A program made the position numbers and the translations under genes. A stretch of 64,000 bases of DNA, taken from positions 98,580,001 through 98,644,000 of the forward strand of contig OX597819.1 of assembly GCA_951406725.2 (NCBI GenBank), given 5' to 3'. Position 1 is the first letter of the stretch, and each line of letters begins with the position of its first letter. Below are positions 26,427-39,815 of this stretch, piece by piece. The notes beneath the pieces are model-generated. The model worked only from the letters and a program-made list of their open reading frames with translations, was not told where the DNA came from and searched no databases. Origin of the DNA: Octopus vulgaris (lineage: Eukaryota).

Positions 26427-29109
26427 GGTGTTGCTGTGTATGTTAAATCTGATCACAAACCGTCCAGCGGTATTCTACCCACTAATGCTCAACCTACAAC
26501 AAAATTCGATGCCGTCTATTGCAAGCTGAGCCTATCCGAGTTTTGCCTGCCCGTGTTAGCTGTCTACAGGCCACCCCTTGCCGACCCCCAGGACGATGCT
26601 CATTTACTCGAAGCGATAAGATTCGTTTCAGCTTCGCATGACTGTTTGATATTAGGAGACTTCAACGCTCCCACGATCGATTGGCCCGCATCAATTTGTA
26701 CAACATCTTCCCGTTTCGGCCAGGCCCTTCTTGACGTGGCTGAAGATTGTTTTCTATCGCAACATGTTGAATATCCGACAAGGCATCGGTCTGGGCAGCA
26801 GCCATCTATGCTGGATCTGGTATTCTCCCGCTATCCAAGATCAGTGTCAGACGTATCTGTGTGCGTCCCTCTTGCCAAGAGTGATCATGCGGTCCTGAAG
26901 TTCGTCATGCACACAACTTTTTCTACGCCCACGACTACTTCGCTGCCACGTAGAGTCTTCTCTGCAATTAATCTTGAAATTCTAACCGAGGCTTCCGCGC
27001 TTCTGGACTGGCGATCCCTGATGACGTTGTCCTCAGTTGACGAACTATGGTCATCCCTCAAAGCATATGTAATCTGGTTGACTGACCAGGCAGTTCCCGT
27101 TGGGCTTCCCAAGAAGAAGAAACACAAGCCCTGGGTGACGAAGAAGGTTAAACGAGAACTTCGACTCAGATATATTGCTTGGGCTGAATTCAAAAATCTG
27201 GATTCGACTGCAGCTTTTGAGGTGTACAAAACTCAACGAGACCGAGCCGTGAAAATTGAAAAGGAAGAACGCTTCAGTTATGAATACAAAATCGCGGCAA
27301 ATGCCAGTAGCAATCCAAAAACCTTCTTTGCCCATGTCCAACGGAATTCCCGCTTGAACAACCAGATTGCAACGTTGGTAGACTCAACAGGCGTATCGAT
27401 TGAGGACCCTTATCAACAGAGTCAATTATTTGCCGAGGCTTTTTCAACTATTTTCAAACAAGATGATGGTCGTGAACCCCTCCATTTGATAGATCGGTAC
27501 CTCCAATGCTTCGATTGGTCATCACGCGGGACGAAGTCAAACGTGTTATTCAAGGCCTCGATGTCAACAAGGGTCACGGCCCTGACGGCATACACCCACG
27601 GGTTATCAAAGCGTTGGCTCCGGTCATCTGCGAGCCCTTAACACGTCTATTCAATATGTCATTGGCGACGGGTGTTATACCTGCGGACTGGAGAACAGCG
27701 ATAATCTGCCCAATTTTCAAGAAAGGGAGCCGCGAAGACCCGCTTAACTACCGACCGGTTTCCCTTACATCAATAATCAGCAAGATGTTCGAAACCATCC
27801 TTAAGAAAAGTATGATGCTCCACCTCCAAAACACAGCCTCTATCTCTGATTCCCAACACGGCTTCGTGCCGAAGAGATCATGCTTGACCAACTTACTGGT
27901 AATGGAAGAATTGGTGACGCGCATCCTCGATGATAGTGATGCTGTTGACATCGTTTTATTGGACTTTGCCAAAGCTTTTGACACGGTAAACCACCGCCTA
28001 TTACTTGTCAAGCTTCAAGCATATAGTTTCCATCCGGATATTGTACGATGGGTTGGTGCCTTCCTCTCAGATCGCTCCTTCCAAGTCCAAGTTAATGGTT
28101 CGCGGTCCGACGTCTCCAGTGCGAGCAGTGGCGTGCCTCAAGGTTCAGTGCTTGGGCCCTTATTGTTCTTAGTCTTCATAAATGACTTGCCCGACGACCT
28201 CACGCAACACACCCTTCTATTTGCCGACGATATCAAACTGGTCGCTCCTCGCGGTGATATAGAGGATCTTCGTCGATGCCTCCACCAAATTTGGAGGTGG
28301 TCTAACGAATGGGACCTGTGTCTGAACGTGTCAAAGTGCTGTCATCTGCCTGTTGGCTCTCCTCCTGCAACTCAACTTGATTTCGAGCCGGGTCGTCTGC
28401 TGCTGGAGAGGACCGATCAGGTAAAGGACCTGGGTATCTTGGTGGATTCCTCCTTTTCGCCTTCGGCCCAGTGCGTCCATGCTGCCAACAAAGCACGCGG
28501 AATTCTGTTCTTGATTCGACGGTCATTCGGAATGCTCACGGCAGCCATATTCCTACCACTCTATGTCACGCTGGTGAGACCCATATTGGAGTACGGGATT
28601 CAAGCCTCTTCTCCTTATCTCCTCAAAGACATACAGCATCTCGAAAGAGTCCAGAAGCTGGCTACCCGCATGGTTCATGGTCTCAAAAATTTGTCCTACG
28701 AAGAAAGGCTGAGAACGCTCGACCTTTATTCTCTAGAAAAACGCCGCCGCCGTGGTGATCTCATTCTCGCCCACAACATCATAAGCGGAAAGTGTAACCT
28801 CTCGAAAGAGCTGTTCTTCACTCCTGCTCCAGAGCGTCGGCTGCGGGGTCATTCCGAAAAGCTCTACCTGCGACGATTTCATCTCAATCGAAGGAGAGGA
28901 GCTTTCTCCGTCCGGGTTGCGGATCCGTGGAACAAGCTGCCAGACGAGATGGTGAAGATGCCGACGACCGGTTTGTTCAAAGCCTCCCTTGACCACAAGT
29001 GGCCTGAACTCTTTACATGAACACCACCCTGTACTTAACTCCATGTCCCCCTACATGGCCTTGCTATTTGCTTTTGAGCCAAATTAACTAATTAACTAAC
29101 TAACTAACT
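26427..29109 (+). mobile_element. Young 5'-truncated CR1-clade LINE (APE + RT, one frameshift ~27490) with (ACTA)n tail and AAATGA TSD
   Basis: VYRPP, LGDFNAP, LDLV and SDH (APE); NYRPVSLTS, LDFAKAFD, SGVPQGSVLGP, FADD (RT); CR1-type C-terminus 'RRRRGDLI...LRGH..KL...FSVRV...WNKLP'; AAATGA at 26421-26426 and 29110-29115. Confidence 0.92.
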
Positions 29110-29199
29110 AAATGAAATTAAAATCCTGGTTCGATGACAGATCAATCAAGTTACTTAAGTTTTAACGTTATTGGTAACAACATATTTTCTCTTTTAATT

Positions 29200-29700
29200 G
29201 GCATTTAATGAAAGTTTTCATTCACTTGCTGCCCCAACATAAAATTGTAATTGTAGAGACACAAATATTTTCCCACTCGACCAGGCAGGCAAACCCAGCT
29301 GTTTATGAATCTGAGGTAATTTTGGTGCAACAAATAAAGAACTCAAGAGAAAAGGTATATTGGTCTATGCAAAAGCAGCTTTAAAATGTTATTCCAGCAC
29401 ATAGGTAAGATGAAAGCCACTAAGATTGCTAACCTTGTTTGACACCTGATTGTCAACAATACCCCAAGCACCATCAAGTCGAGCATCGTGGTACGATTCA
29501 CGTCATTCATTAATACGTCAAAAAGATGCGAGCTATGTACAGCCGAAATAACTCGTATCCTTTTTTAATCAAAGAGCTCCAGCGACCTACAAAAATCTCT
29601 ATCATAAGTTTCTCTTAATGCGGTATCTGGATAAATTTCTACAGCATCCTCCCTGTTTTAAGCATGCTGTTTCACAAACTTTAATCATTTCCCGTCGATT
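29200..29700 (+). mobile_element. Decayed PLE GIY-YIG-region relic
   Basis: Fragments such as 'NTSKRCELCTAEITRILF' resemble the PLE C-terminal CxxC motif also seen at ~9090-9120. Confidence 0.45.
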
Positions 29701-29995
29701 TAACTATACTAACCACTGTTAATTCCCATTCTAATGGGTCAAAGGGACACAATTCTTATCTTCCTTCCCCTCAAAACTCTTTCTCTCAATCCGATTTTCT
29801 TGACTTTTTTTCACTCTCGTCTTTTCTCGCAGTTCTTGCTTTTTCTCAGAGAGCAGTCAAGTTATATTACAAGCCTGAATGATTGGCTGATAATACACTG
29901 CACACTATACAAGTTTATCTGACTATTGTGTTATTAGGCATGAAATATAAAGTAACTTGGATATATATTGTGTATTTATCTAGACATCCATCCAT

Positions 29996-30048
<53 letters not shown>

Positions 30049-30950
30049 ATAAGAGGCTTCCAAATAGGAAACCGTTGTGCTAGAAAGAGCAGTAGAAATC
30101 TCAAAAAACACAAAAATGATAAATATTATATATATATATAATGTGTGTATACAAGTAGATATAGAGTATTTGTCATGTATAATTGGTAGTTTGGCTCGAT
30201 TTTCGTATTTGGGGCATTTTGTTTATACTGATATTACTTTGAGTTGACGTGTGTAGAGACTTCATTTTCTATGTCTATATAGAGTTGGTTTCGTTTTTCG
30301 TTTTGTTTATATGTATCGATATGTATATATATGGGATTGAATGAATAATGTGGTATATATGAGGATATAGCATATTTATCTCATTTAAAATGTATAAATA
30401 TATATATGTATATATGTATATGTATATATGTATATCGTTCGATATATATATGCATTGATGTATTTATGTATATGTGTGTATATGTATGCATTAAAAAATA
30501 TATATGTATATGTATGTACATATGTAAACGTGAGATGGAAACTAAAGCAATAAATTGTTTTATATTGGTATTATTTTGGTTTTGATGTCTGTATAGAATT
30601 TATATTTCTATGTCAGTATAGAGTTGGTTGCATTTTCGCTTTGTTTATATCTATCGATGAGTATATGCATGTGAGTAAATGAATAATGGGGTATGTATAT
30701 TTAGATATAGCGTAGTTATCTTGTTTAATTTGTTGTTTTGGCTCGTTGTTAGTTTGTAGGATATTTCGTTTGTATTCTGTTACTTTGTTTTTGTTGTATG
30801 TATATGTTTGAATGGGTTTTTCATTGACCGTATCGAGTTGATTTTGTTTTTCGTTTCGTTTCTATAAACAGAAAAATACTTATCTCCCCTGCATTCTAAT
30901 AGTCAGATTCATAATATAAACCCTTTGATATAGATATAAATACTTTAATT

Positions 30951-31199
30951 TAGAATGGTTGTATACTGTCAATCTAACACGAACGTGACAGTAGGGGGGG
31001 GGGGTACACCACCGCTGTATAGCCCTAGGAAGCATCGACGCCTCCTGATGGCTTTGACACATTTTCCCCTGTGTCCTTATATACATTTACGAAGGGGAGA
31101 CAAACACCCCCGGCCGCCGTCGATGCTTCCTAGGGCTATACAGCGGTGTGTACCCCCACTGTCACGTTCGTGTTAGATTGACAGTATACAACCATTCTA
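30951..31199. repeat. ~90-bp-arm inverted repeat (PLE-terminus type)
   Basis: agaatggttgtatactgtcaatctaacacgaacgtgacagt...cgctgtatagccctaggaagcatcgacg versus cgtcgatgcttcctagggctatacagcg...actgtcacgttcgtgttagattgacagtatacaaccattct. Confidence 0.9.
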
Positions 31200-31344
31200 T
31201 CGCCCCACCACCGTACATGTCTCTACGAGAGATTTAGAAATTTAGTATTTCTTACTTTAATTTAGATTTGAATTAATATATAAAATAACGTTTTAACATA
31301 AATAGATACATATGAACGAGGTATAAACAGTAACTGCTCGACAA

Positions 31345-31543
31345 TGTGAGGTATACTTGCCATCTCAATATGGCTAACCACTAAGGGTGGGTGTTACTGT
31401 AGCTTGTAGCCCCTGGAGAACATCGTCTCCAGCTGTCTCCAGCTGGCTTTAGCCAGCTGGAGACGATGTTCTCCTGGGGCTACAAGCTATAGTAACACCC
31501 ACCCTTAGTGATTAGCCATATTGAGATGCAAGTATACCTCACA
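31345..31543. repeat. ~95-bp-arm palindrome of the pLTR terminus also present singly at 22907-22999 and 25143-25235
   Basis: tgtgaggtatacttgccatctcaatatggc...ccagctggct / agccagctgg...gccatattgagatgcaagtatacctcaca. Confidence 0.9.
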
Positions 31544-31581
31544 GATACATATGTGTATGAATTTTATATGTATGCATATTG

Positions 31582-31625
<44 letters not shown>

Positions 31626-31943
31626 TAACTAAACTTGTGTATGTGAATATGCATGTGTGTATACGTACGTGTGTGTGTATGTATACATAAATGATAGGTG
31701 TATGTGTGTATATAAATGTATATATAAATATATGAATATGTATATATATATAAAAGTGTGTATTGTGTAATGAAATCGGTTATAGAAATGGATAGTTATA
31801 GATTTAAATTTGGGTATTTACGTAATTTCAGTTAGATTATTTACTTATTTATGATTAAGCTCGATCTTAAAAAGCGTTTTCAAAAAGACTTAACAGTTAT
31901 ACATATTTTCAATTGATATTTTTTGTGAAATATTGAAGGAGAT

Positions 31944-32042
31944 ATGTCGATCTGATGAAGCATCATTACATATTTAAACGGATTTGAATATTCTTGGAAA
32001 ACCTCGTTTTATTAATGAAGCGGAAACAGCTGTAATTAATGC
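31944..32042 (+). ncRNA. Type I hammerhead ribozyme candidate
   Basis: CTGATGA (31952)-a-gcatcatta ... taatgaagc-g-GAAA (32023)-cagctg-TA; palindromic stem III ACAGCTGT; stem I is weak. Confidence 0.6.
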
Positions 32043-32150
32043 AATGTGTCATTTGTTTATATAAAATAATTAAATTGAACTAAATTCATAATTGTTCAAT
32101 TTATTGTTTTGTTTTCCATTTCTTATATATACATACATACATACATACAT

Positions 32151-32650
<500 letters not shown>

Positions 32651-32896
32651 ACCGTCCCCAACACACAACTGGTAGCCATTATGTTTTAAAAACCAAACAT
32701 CCAATCAAATTTGAATGCTTATTTGTGTATTTGAATAACCTTAAACTATATTACATGCACCAGAGCAATTTTAATCCAGTTTTCCATCACAATGAACGGG
32801 AACGTGAAAGTAATAGTTTTGTGATAATTTTGCAGCTTCAATAAAAAGTATTTATGTATATATATACTCAAAATAAGCAACAAGAATGACTCCGGT

Positions 32897-32987
32897 AATT
32901 TGGTATGATCGTTTCGTACTACATCATTTTATTAAATGTTGTAAGTATTACAACAGTTTTAAAATGCTGAGCACTCATCAGCCAATT
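32897..32987 (-). ncRNA. Type I hammerhead ribozyme within non-autonomous element 32868-33240
   Basis: Minus strand: aattgg-CTGATGA-gtgct...agtac-GAAA-cgatca-TA-ccaaatt. The 13060 copy gives tgatcg, so the consensus stem III is the palindrome ACGATCGT. Confidence 0.75.
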
Positions 32988-33241
32988 ATAGAGGTTTTCC
33001 ATTAATACAAAAATTTTCCTATTAAGTGGCAACATTATAGAGAAGGTAGATATATAGACAAAGATGTGGATTAAAATTTTAAGAACATTTGGGGTACTGA
33101 GCCCATCAGCTGACTGACTAAGATTCAGTTGTTCCAGACTACTGTAAGGTTCTGAGGTTCTGAGAGGGATAACACCATACAGAATTCTGGTGCATCTAAA
33201 TTGAGTACCATATTCATTTGAATCTAAATTTTTGCTGAACT

Positions 33242-33329
<88 letters not shown>

Positions 33330-33334
<5 letters not shown>

Positions 33335-34200
33335 TAGCGTGTATTAATGGAATAAATTTTTAGTTTTGGTTTTATTTCTTGCAGAGACTAAAGCAAAGTG
33401 TAAAACCAACTGCTGAGTGGTGTCCAGCAAAGTCAAGAGTTGATCTCAAGATAAGTATCTCCAAGCCTGAAGAAGTTGACAGCCATCTTTTGTAAAAATC
33501 CCTTGTGTCTATGAAGTTATTATTCATAATACATGAACTGTAAATATTTAAATATTTAATGGCTAATAATGTTTTAGACGACATTTCATTAAAATCTAAG
33601 ATCGTAATGAAATATGTAGGGCGAAACCCACATCTACAGAGGAAGGTCATTCACATGTCAAGCTAAAAGACAAATAAACTATTTATATATAAAACTAAAA
33701 TGCAAAAGAGTTCGAGCCATTGCCATACTTAAAGAAGAATGTAATGATGGAAACAAACAATAAAAGTATAAAAATAAAGAAAAATAAAGAAAACCTACTG
33801 ATGTGTTGCTTTCTTGAGAGTAGTATAACCTAGAACATTGCATTCTTTTAGCAACACAGTTACGCTTGCTTTTATGCTCCTTTTGTGCTAGCTTATTGCA
33901 CTCGCCTGGAAGATGATTAATACTTTCGACCACTTTTCCACACATCCTGTGTTTGCTCCGTGACAGTTTTATCAATCTTTGTCTTAATCAAATTCATTCT
34001 GAAAGCTTGCTCCTGAGCAACTAAAATTAGCGATTCAATTTCTCATGATAAGGATTTACCTGTCAATCACAACCAGCTTTATTTCCAATATTCCAAGTTT
34101 ACAGCATGAATTAGTAATGAAACTATTAGCAATGAAACTATTTTCTTTTTGAAGGTATTTTTTCTATCGGTTTTCTTTTTAAAAATCTTTTAGTTTCTGC
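33330..34200 (+). repeat. Segmental duplicate of 10403-11278 (high identity by eye)
   Basis: Collinear throughout; ORFs 10754-11050 and 33679-33975 are almost identical. Confidence 0.95.
33385..33495 (+). CDS. Orphan/alternative copy of the SLC6 terminal exon
   Basis: Same acceptor tttatttcttgCAG; RLKQSVKPTAEWCPAKSRVDLKISISKPEEVDSHLL*; frame intact (one in-frame 3-bp indel); AATAAA at 33673. Usage is unknown. Confidence 0.5.
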   Translation, partial: RLKQSVKPTAEWCPAKSRVDLKISISKPEEVDSHLL

Positions 34201-34249
34201 GAATGATCTTGCAATGATCATGAATTTAAACACTATTGATATTGTAATT

Positions 34250-34620
34250 ATTTGAAATGATCATTTATGAAAATAAATTAAATTGCAACAGCTGTGTAAA
34301 ATGCCAACAGAATGCAGCGAACAATTCAATTAAACACAATAATTCAACGATTTTTAACAGCTTTTGACTCATAAAAGCAGCACGGTGCAAAGATGGCACA
34401 TAAATTATATAGGAGAAAACTGAAATATATGTAAATGTTTTGGGATTAACAACGAGCCTGCCTGAATATCACGGTGATTGCTTGAAATATACATTTTTCA
34501 CTCCAGACACAAGAGAATGTTCGTGACCTGTGCAATGTCAGATATATTCTGAATACAATCTAGAAATTCATTGTAACCTCCTCTAAACTTTGGTAAGTTT
34601 CAAAGTATTTAAGCGCGTGA
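34250..34620 (+). promoter_or_regulatory. Copy 2 of the candidate promoter plus non-coding first exon; donor G|GTAAGT at 34593
   Basis: Homologous to the 12620, 37230/37420 and 46305 blocks; consensus donor. Confidence 0.45.
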
Positions 34621-34789
34621 ACAGAAGACATACAGACAGACAGACAGACACACACACACACACACACATACACACACACACACACACACAACACGCGTAT
34701 ACACACTCACGTATATAATATAAACATATATATCCATATATATGTACATATATACATATATATATATAAAATATATACATGCAAATATG

Positions 34790-34910
<121 letters not shown>

Positions 34911-35003
34911 CGAGAATTTACAAAAGACAAAAAACGAAAGACGAAGACGGGTGAGTAAACAACAAATAGATGTATTAGTTTAACGCTCGGGAAGAGAGAA
35001 AGC

Positions 35004-35040
35004 CTTTTACGTTTCGAGCCTACACTCTTCGACAGAAAAG
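35004..35040 (-). ncRNA. Minimal hammerhead-like motif (A6>U); sister copy at 39399-39437 plus strand
   Basis: 39399 copy: tcttt-CTGTTGA-a-gagc gtag gctc-GAAA-cgt-TA-aaga. 35004 copy: CTGTCGA-a-gagt gtag gctc-GAAA-cg-TA-aaag. Confidence 0.5.
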
Positions 35041-35154
35041 AACACAGAAATAAACTTGGCGAGAAAATAGAAAATGGTGTAGTGGCTAGCGATCCATATG
35101 TATTTATATATATTTACAAATATATCTATACATATATATATGTGTGTATATTGA

Positions 35155-35609
35155 CATCGACTGACGGTCCTGCCCTGGGGGACGAATTCTCGATGCACAA
35201 TATTACATTTCCGTGGGTGACGCTTGTGACTGGTCTTCCAGATCGCTCATCGTCTTCCAGGTACATTCCCCCCGGTTTTGAAGCACCCGTACTACTCGAA
35301 ACATTGTATACGACCCATTGGTACGTAAGCTTGCAGAAGCATGCTTAATGTCTCGGTAGCAGACATCCCAGGTTTAACACAAAAAATTACGTTGGCACTT
35401 TGTTCCTATCCATGAAAAAATCGCAGATTACAGCATTCACGTGACCACAAAAATACAAATTTCATAACTTGTGAAGTAAACACAGCGATGACACTTGGAA
35501 TATTGCCTCATGAAGGCCACTGCTAGTTCTCAATGCGCACGCAACCACGTGCTGCCATCTGTTGCCGCGTTACAGAACTAGTCTGGTACCTTTTGATATC
35601 ACCTTGTAT
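35155..35609 (-). mobile_element. Mariner relic
   Basis: Minus-strand 'IVHREFVPQGRTV' is typical of mariner transposases; TIR-like end 'ggtaccttttgatatcaccttgta'. Confidence 0.55.
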
Positions 35610-35618
35610 ATCTATCCC

Positions 35619-35679
35619 CGAGTATCCATCACTGAGGATGGCTATAATAAGGACGAAACAGCGCAGTCTGGTAGTCTCG
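35619..35679 (+). ncRNA. Degenerate hammerhead-like motif; related copy ~14350-14405 on the minus strand
   Basis: CTGAGGA-tggctataataaggac-GAAA-cagcgcag-TC. The sister copy gives ACTGCGCAGT (palindrome) and tgacc; downstream 'ctcgaggctggaatag...gcttgcaatatatat' is shared. Confidence 0.45.
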
Positions 35680-35893
35680 AGGCTGGAATAGTAGGGAGTT
35701 CTCTACCCGCTTGCAATATATATAGAGAGCGGAGCGTACTGAATAACCACCTGGTGGGGTCGTGCTCCTGGGGTTAAAATAACAGCAACGTCTGTTCTTA
35801 GAAAACACCCATGTTTAGGTGACGATAAACATTACTTCACTGTTTGAATAGTGTTTTCTTTTATAGAGTTTTCTTTACGAGCTAGTTTGTTTA

Positions 35894-35976
<83 letters not shown>

Positions 35977-36527
35977 ATACGTGTGTGTGCATGTGTGTGT
36001 GCGCCTATGTATGTATGTATGTATGTATGTATGTATGTATGTATGTGTGTGTGCGCGTATGTATGTATGTATGTATATATGCATGAATGCATGTATGTAT
36101 GCGTGTTCGGTTTACGGAAATAGGGCCTGTTCCATTACTACGATTTTTGCAATCATTTACCAGAGGTCTTTGTCTTTGTTACATATCTATCTACATTAGA
36201 CTAATGTTGTATCTCTAACTATCAGGAACTGCCAATTATTTATGGTTACAGAACAAGTAAGAAGGAATATTCTGTGTTCAAATCATATATGACTCAAGTA
36301 TATACATATGATGTGTGTGTATGTGTGTGAGTGTGTGTGCGTGTAACAGAGATGCAAGGAATGCTAAATCACATGACTATATATTTGCTGATATCTATCT
36401 TTCTGTTACACTATAGAAACATAGAAAGATGAACATTTGTTTCGTGCAAAGAGAAATGGAAGGGAAGAGTAGGGCAGTATTGTAACACTGACTAGACAGA
36501 CACAGACAGACAGACAGACAGACAGAC

Positions 36528-36578
<51 letters not shown>

Positions 36579-36740
36579 GAGGTGGGTAGACAGGTAGTAG
36601 ATAGGTGGGTAGACAGGTAGTTAGATAGATAAATAAATAGATTGATAGATAGATAGACAGAGAGAGAGAGGGGGGAGAAGGTCAGACAGTCAGAGAAACA
36701 GACATATAGACAGAAAGACAGACAGACAGATAGATAGATA

Positions 36741-37065
36741 TGTTTCTTTATTAGCCACACAGGGCTGCACACAGACAGGACAAAATTACAAGGTAGAGCT
36801 TTTCTTTTGGGGGTAAAAGGAAGGGGGTTTGGTTTTCGATCAAAAGGGATCGTAAATGGAAAGAAAGAGGACAAAAAAGGGGGAGATAAAATAAAATTTA
36901 AAAAAAGGGGGGCGGGAAGGGAAAGGAAAAAATTGGATCAATAGGGATCGTTATCACAGAAATGTCAATATGAAGTGTAAAAGGGAGGATAGGTGAGGTT
37001 TACCCGTGGAAAGAAAAGCCTACGGAAAAGACCACGGTAACCTCGGTCAATGAAGCCACATGTTA
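36741..37065 (-). mobile_element. 3' UTR fragment of the Tx1 family abutting (TAGA)n
   Basis: Reverse complement reads 'gaggttaccgtggtcttttccgtaggcttttctttccacgg...aaaagctctac...cagccctgtgtggctaataaag', matching 20475-20705, then (TCTA)n. Confidence 0.85.
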
Positions 37066-37229
37066 TATTTCTTTTTTTTTTGTTTTTTTTTTGCAAATAA
37101 GCAACTCTCTGTATTAGATAAATAGATAAAGTGATGGCAGATAGTCAGAATGGGAACGAGAAAGTCGGGAAAAATAAGCAGCTATCCTCCATCGAGTGAA
37201 ACAGTCGGGCAAATTTAAAATTAAAATTA

Positions 37230-37760
37230 ACGAAAATATATTAAATTAGTATAGCTACAACTTATGTAAAATATGAACAAAAGGTAATTATTTGTTAAAC
37301 AATAATTTGACGCTTTTAATGACATGTTCTTATAAAAGCAGCATGATGTATAGATGGTCTATAAATTATGTGGAATAAAATTAAAATATGTAAACGAGTT
37401 TACAAATTAGTATAGAGTAGCTCCAATTTTCCGTAAATTATGAGCAGAAGGAAATGAATTATTTATTAAACAGAATAATTTTATGTTTTTAATAACATTT
37501 TAATATAAAAGCAGCATGGATGTATAGACTGTATAAATTATGCCGAAGAAAATTAAAATATGTAAACGAGTTGTGATAAACAATGAACCTACCTGAACAT
37601 CATGATGTTTACTTAGTAGCAAATTCACTTTTCACGTTAGTCGCTACAGGTTTGTGTTCTGGGCAACATCAATTCTGTTCCTCAACCAGGTTGGTAATTC
37701 GTTGAAATCTCTTGTAACCTCGGTAAGCCTCAAGCTATTTATGCTTATATTCCTTTCAAT
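37230..37760 (+). promoter_or_regulatory. Copies 3a/3b (tandem) of the candidate promoter block; donor G|GTAAGC at 37723
   Basis: Two ~190-bp tandem units with 'aataattt ... tataaaagcagcatg ... tataaattatg ... aaaattaaaatatgtaaacgagtt'; ends 'ttgtaacctcggtaag' like copy 2. Confidence 0.45.
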
Positions 37761-37842
37761 GAAATGAAAAAAAATATATATATATTGAAATATTGAAACA
37801 AACCTGTGTATATGGGGAAGTTTTTTTGTTGTGTGAGATTGT

Positions 37843-37947
<105 letters not shown>

Positions 37948-37961
37948 AATTTATCTGTCTA

Positions 37962-38017
<56 letters not shown>

Positions 38018-39134
38018 CCTAAAACGTTGTGTATGAGAAGTTACATTTGTTTAGGCTCTGGTAAGTATTAACCGTGCAGATCTACAACGGAGTTTCATCC
38101 ATGACCATTCCGTCTTTCCTTACATGCCAGTTTCTGTTTTTTTTTGTAGGTGAGGGAGTCTTCTGGCGATATTTCGTATCTGGTGTGAATATAGTTATTT
38201 TTATGACAAAATGTATGAATAACAATGAAACTTTTGCAAGCACCGGAAGTTAAAAATAAGGAAAAAAAAAATAATATTAAGGAAAAAGAAAATTCAAACA
38301 GTTTTGTTCACGATTGCGTTCAAAGGGGCAAAATTACTTGTGTCAGAGTCTTGTATGAATGACAGAAAACAATAAAGTAAGAGAAGTTATTAAACATTTA
38401 GTAAAGTCTGGAGGTAACATTAGGTGTATCGCAAAAGTTTGCTGGCTTACTTGGCTGTTGATAGTCAAACTTTTGGCTTGTGAAAAAGATGGTGATTAGT
38501 CAATGAAATGTTTGCAAAACTGTTTTGAGGTAAAGAAGGAATATCATTTAGTTCTAATTTTTAATTTTCAACCTCTATGAAATCCAATGGTTTCACCTCA
38601 CAAGACTGTCATATAGTTTTATATATATTATATAGTTTTCTATCATCTTTTCACCACACACTGCAATATTTGAATAATGTTTATTATAGAAATGCATGAA
38701 ATTATTTTATATGAAGTTGTGGTTAACAAATAGAATAATTTTACTCTATTTTCTGCTATTTAACTTTAGTTGCTGGTAAATAATCAAATAATTTACATTA
38801 CTTTACAAACGATCTTTACCAAATACTGATTAAATTTCGTTTTACTTTTACACGTGAAGGTTGTTATTTGTAGATAAAATCATTTTCCCAATTATAATTT
38901 GAGTGTTGTAAAAAAAAAAAAATGGATAGCAGTATTAGACGAATCCCTTTCAAAACGCATGCCTTATTTGAAGAGTCCGAAACCTAGGTACTAATATTAT
39001 CCAATTCTAGGTTTCCATTTCTTATGTAAGCTGCCTGCACACATCTTTGCCAGAATATGTACAGTGAAGCTTTACTACAGCGACGTAAAATTATCGACTG
39101 CTATTTCCAGTAAATATTGGTGCCTTGTTGTACC

Positions 39135-39177
<43 letters not shown>

Positions 39178-39533
39178 TAATACATACTAATACATACACC
39201 AACCCTATACATACACACTCCAGACCTCTCCTACGCCTTAATAGCTGGTCATTCAACCCTATTATCAACCCTATTATCTCCCTTACGTCTCATGTTTGAT
39301 CTTTGACCTCTGGCCGAAATCAGATCGCCATGTTGATTCGTTAGTTACTGCACGCATTTTTTTCTCTCCTTCTTTCTGTGTTTTTTTCTCTCTGTGTATC
39401 TTTCTGTTGAAGAGCGTAGGCTCGAAACGTTAAAGACTTGTTTTATTTATATTTCTTGAGCGCCATACTAATACAATTGTTTGTTTGTTTTCCACCTGCC
39501 TTCGTCTTTTGTCTATTTTCATAAAGCTTCCCG

Positions 39534-39586
<53 letters not shown>

Positions 39587-39612
39587 TATATATATACATA
39601 CATACATGCATG

Positions 39613-39647
<35 letters not shown>

Positions 39648-39738
39648 GTATATATGTATATATGTATATATATATGTATGTGTGAGTGTGTGTGTGTTTG
39701 TATATCTATTTATCTCTCTGTCTGTCTATCTATCTATC

Positions 39739-39813
<75 letters not shown>

Positions 39814-39815
<2 letters not shown>

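Noticed and set aside
30170-30725. Diverged ~340-bp direct repeat
   Set aside because: Probably a decayed PLE-associated tandem; no interpretable signal.
31040-31115. CTGATGG in the loop of the 30951-31199 inverted repeat as a hammerhead
   Set aside because: No GAAA, stem III or UH element in the right place.
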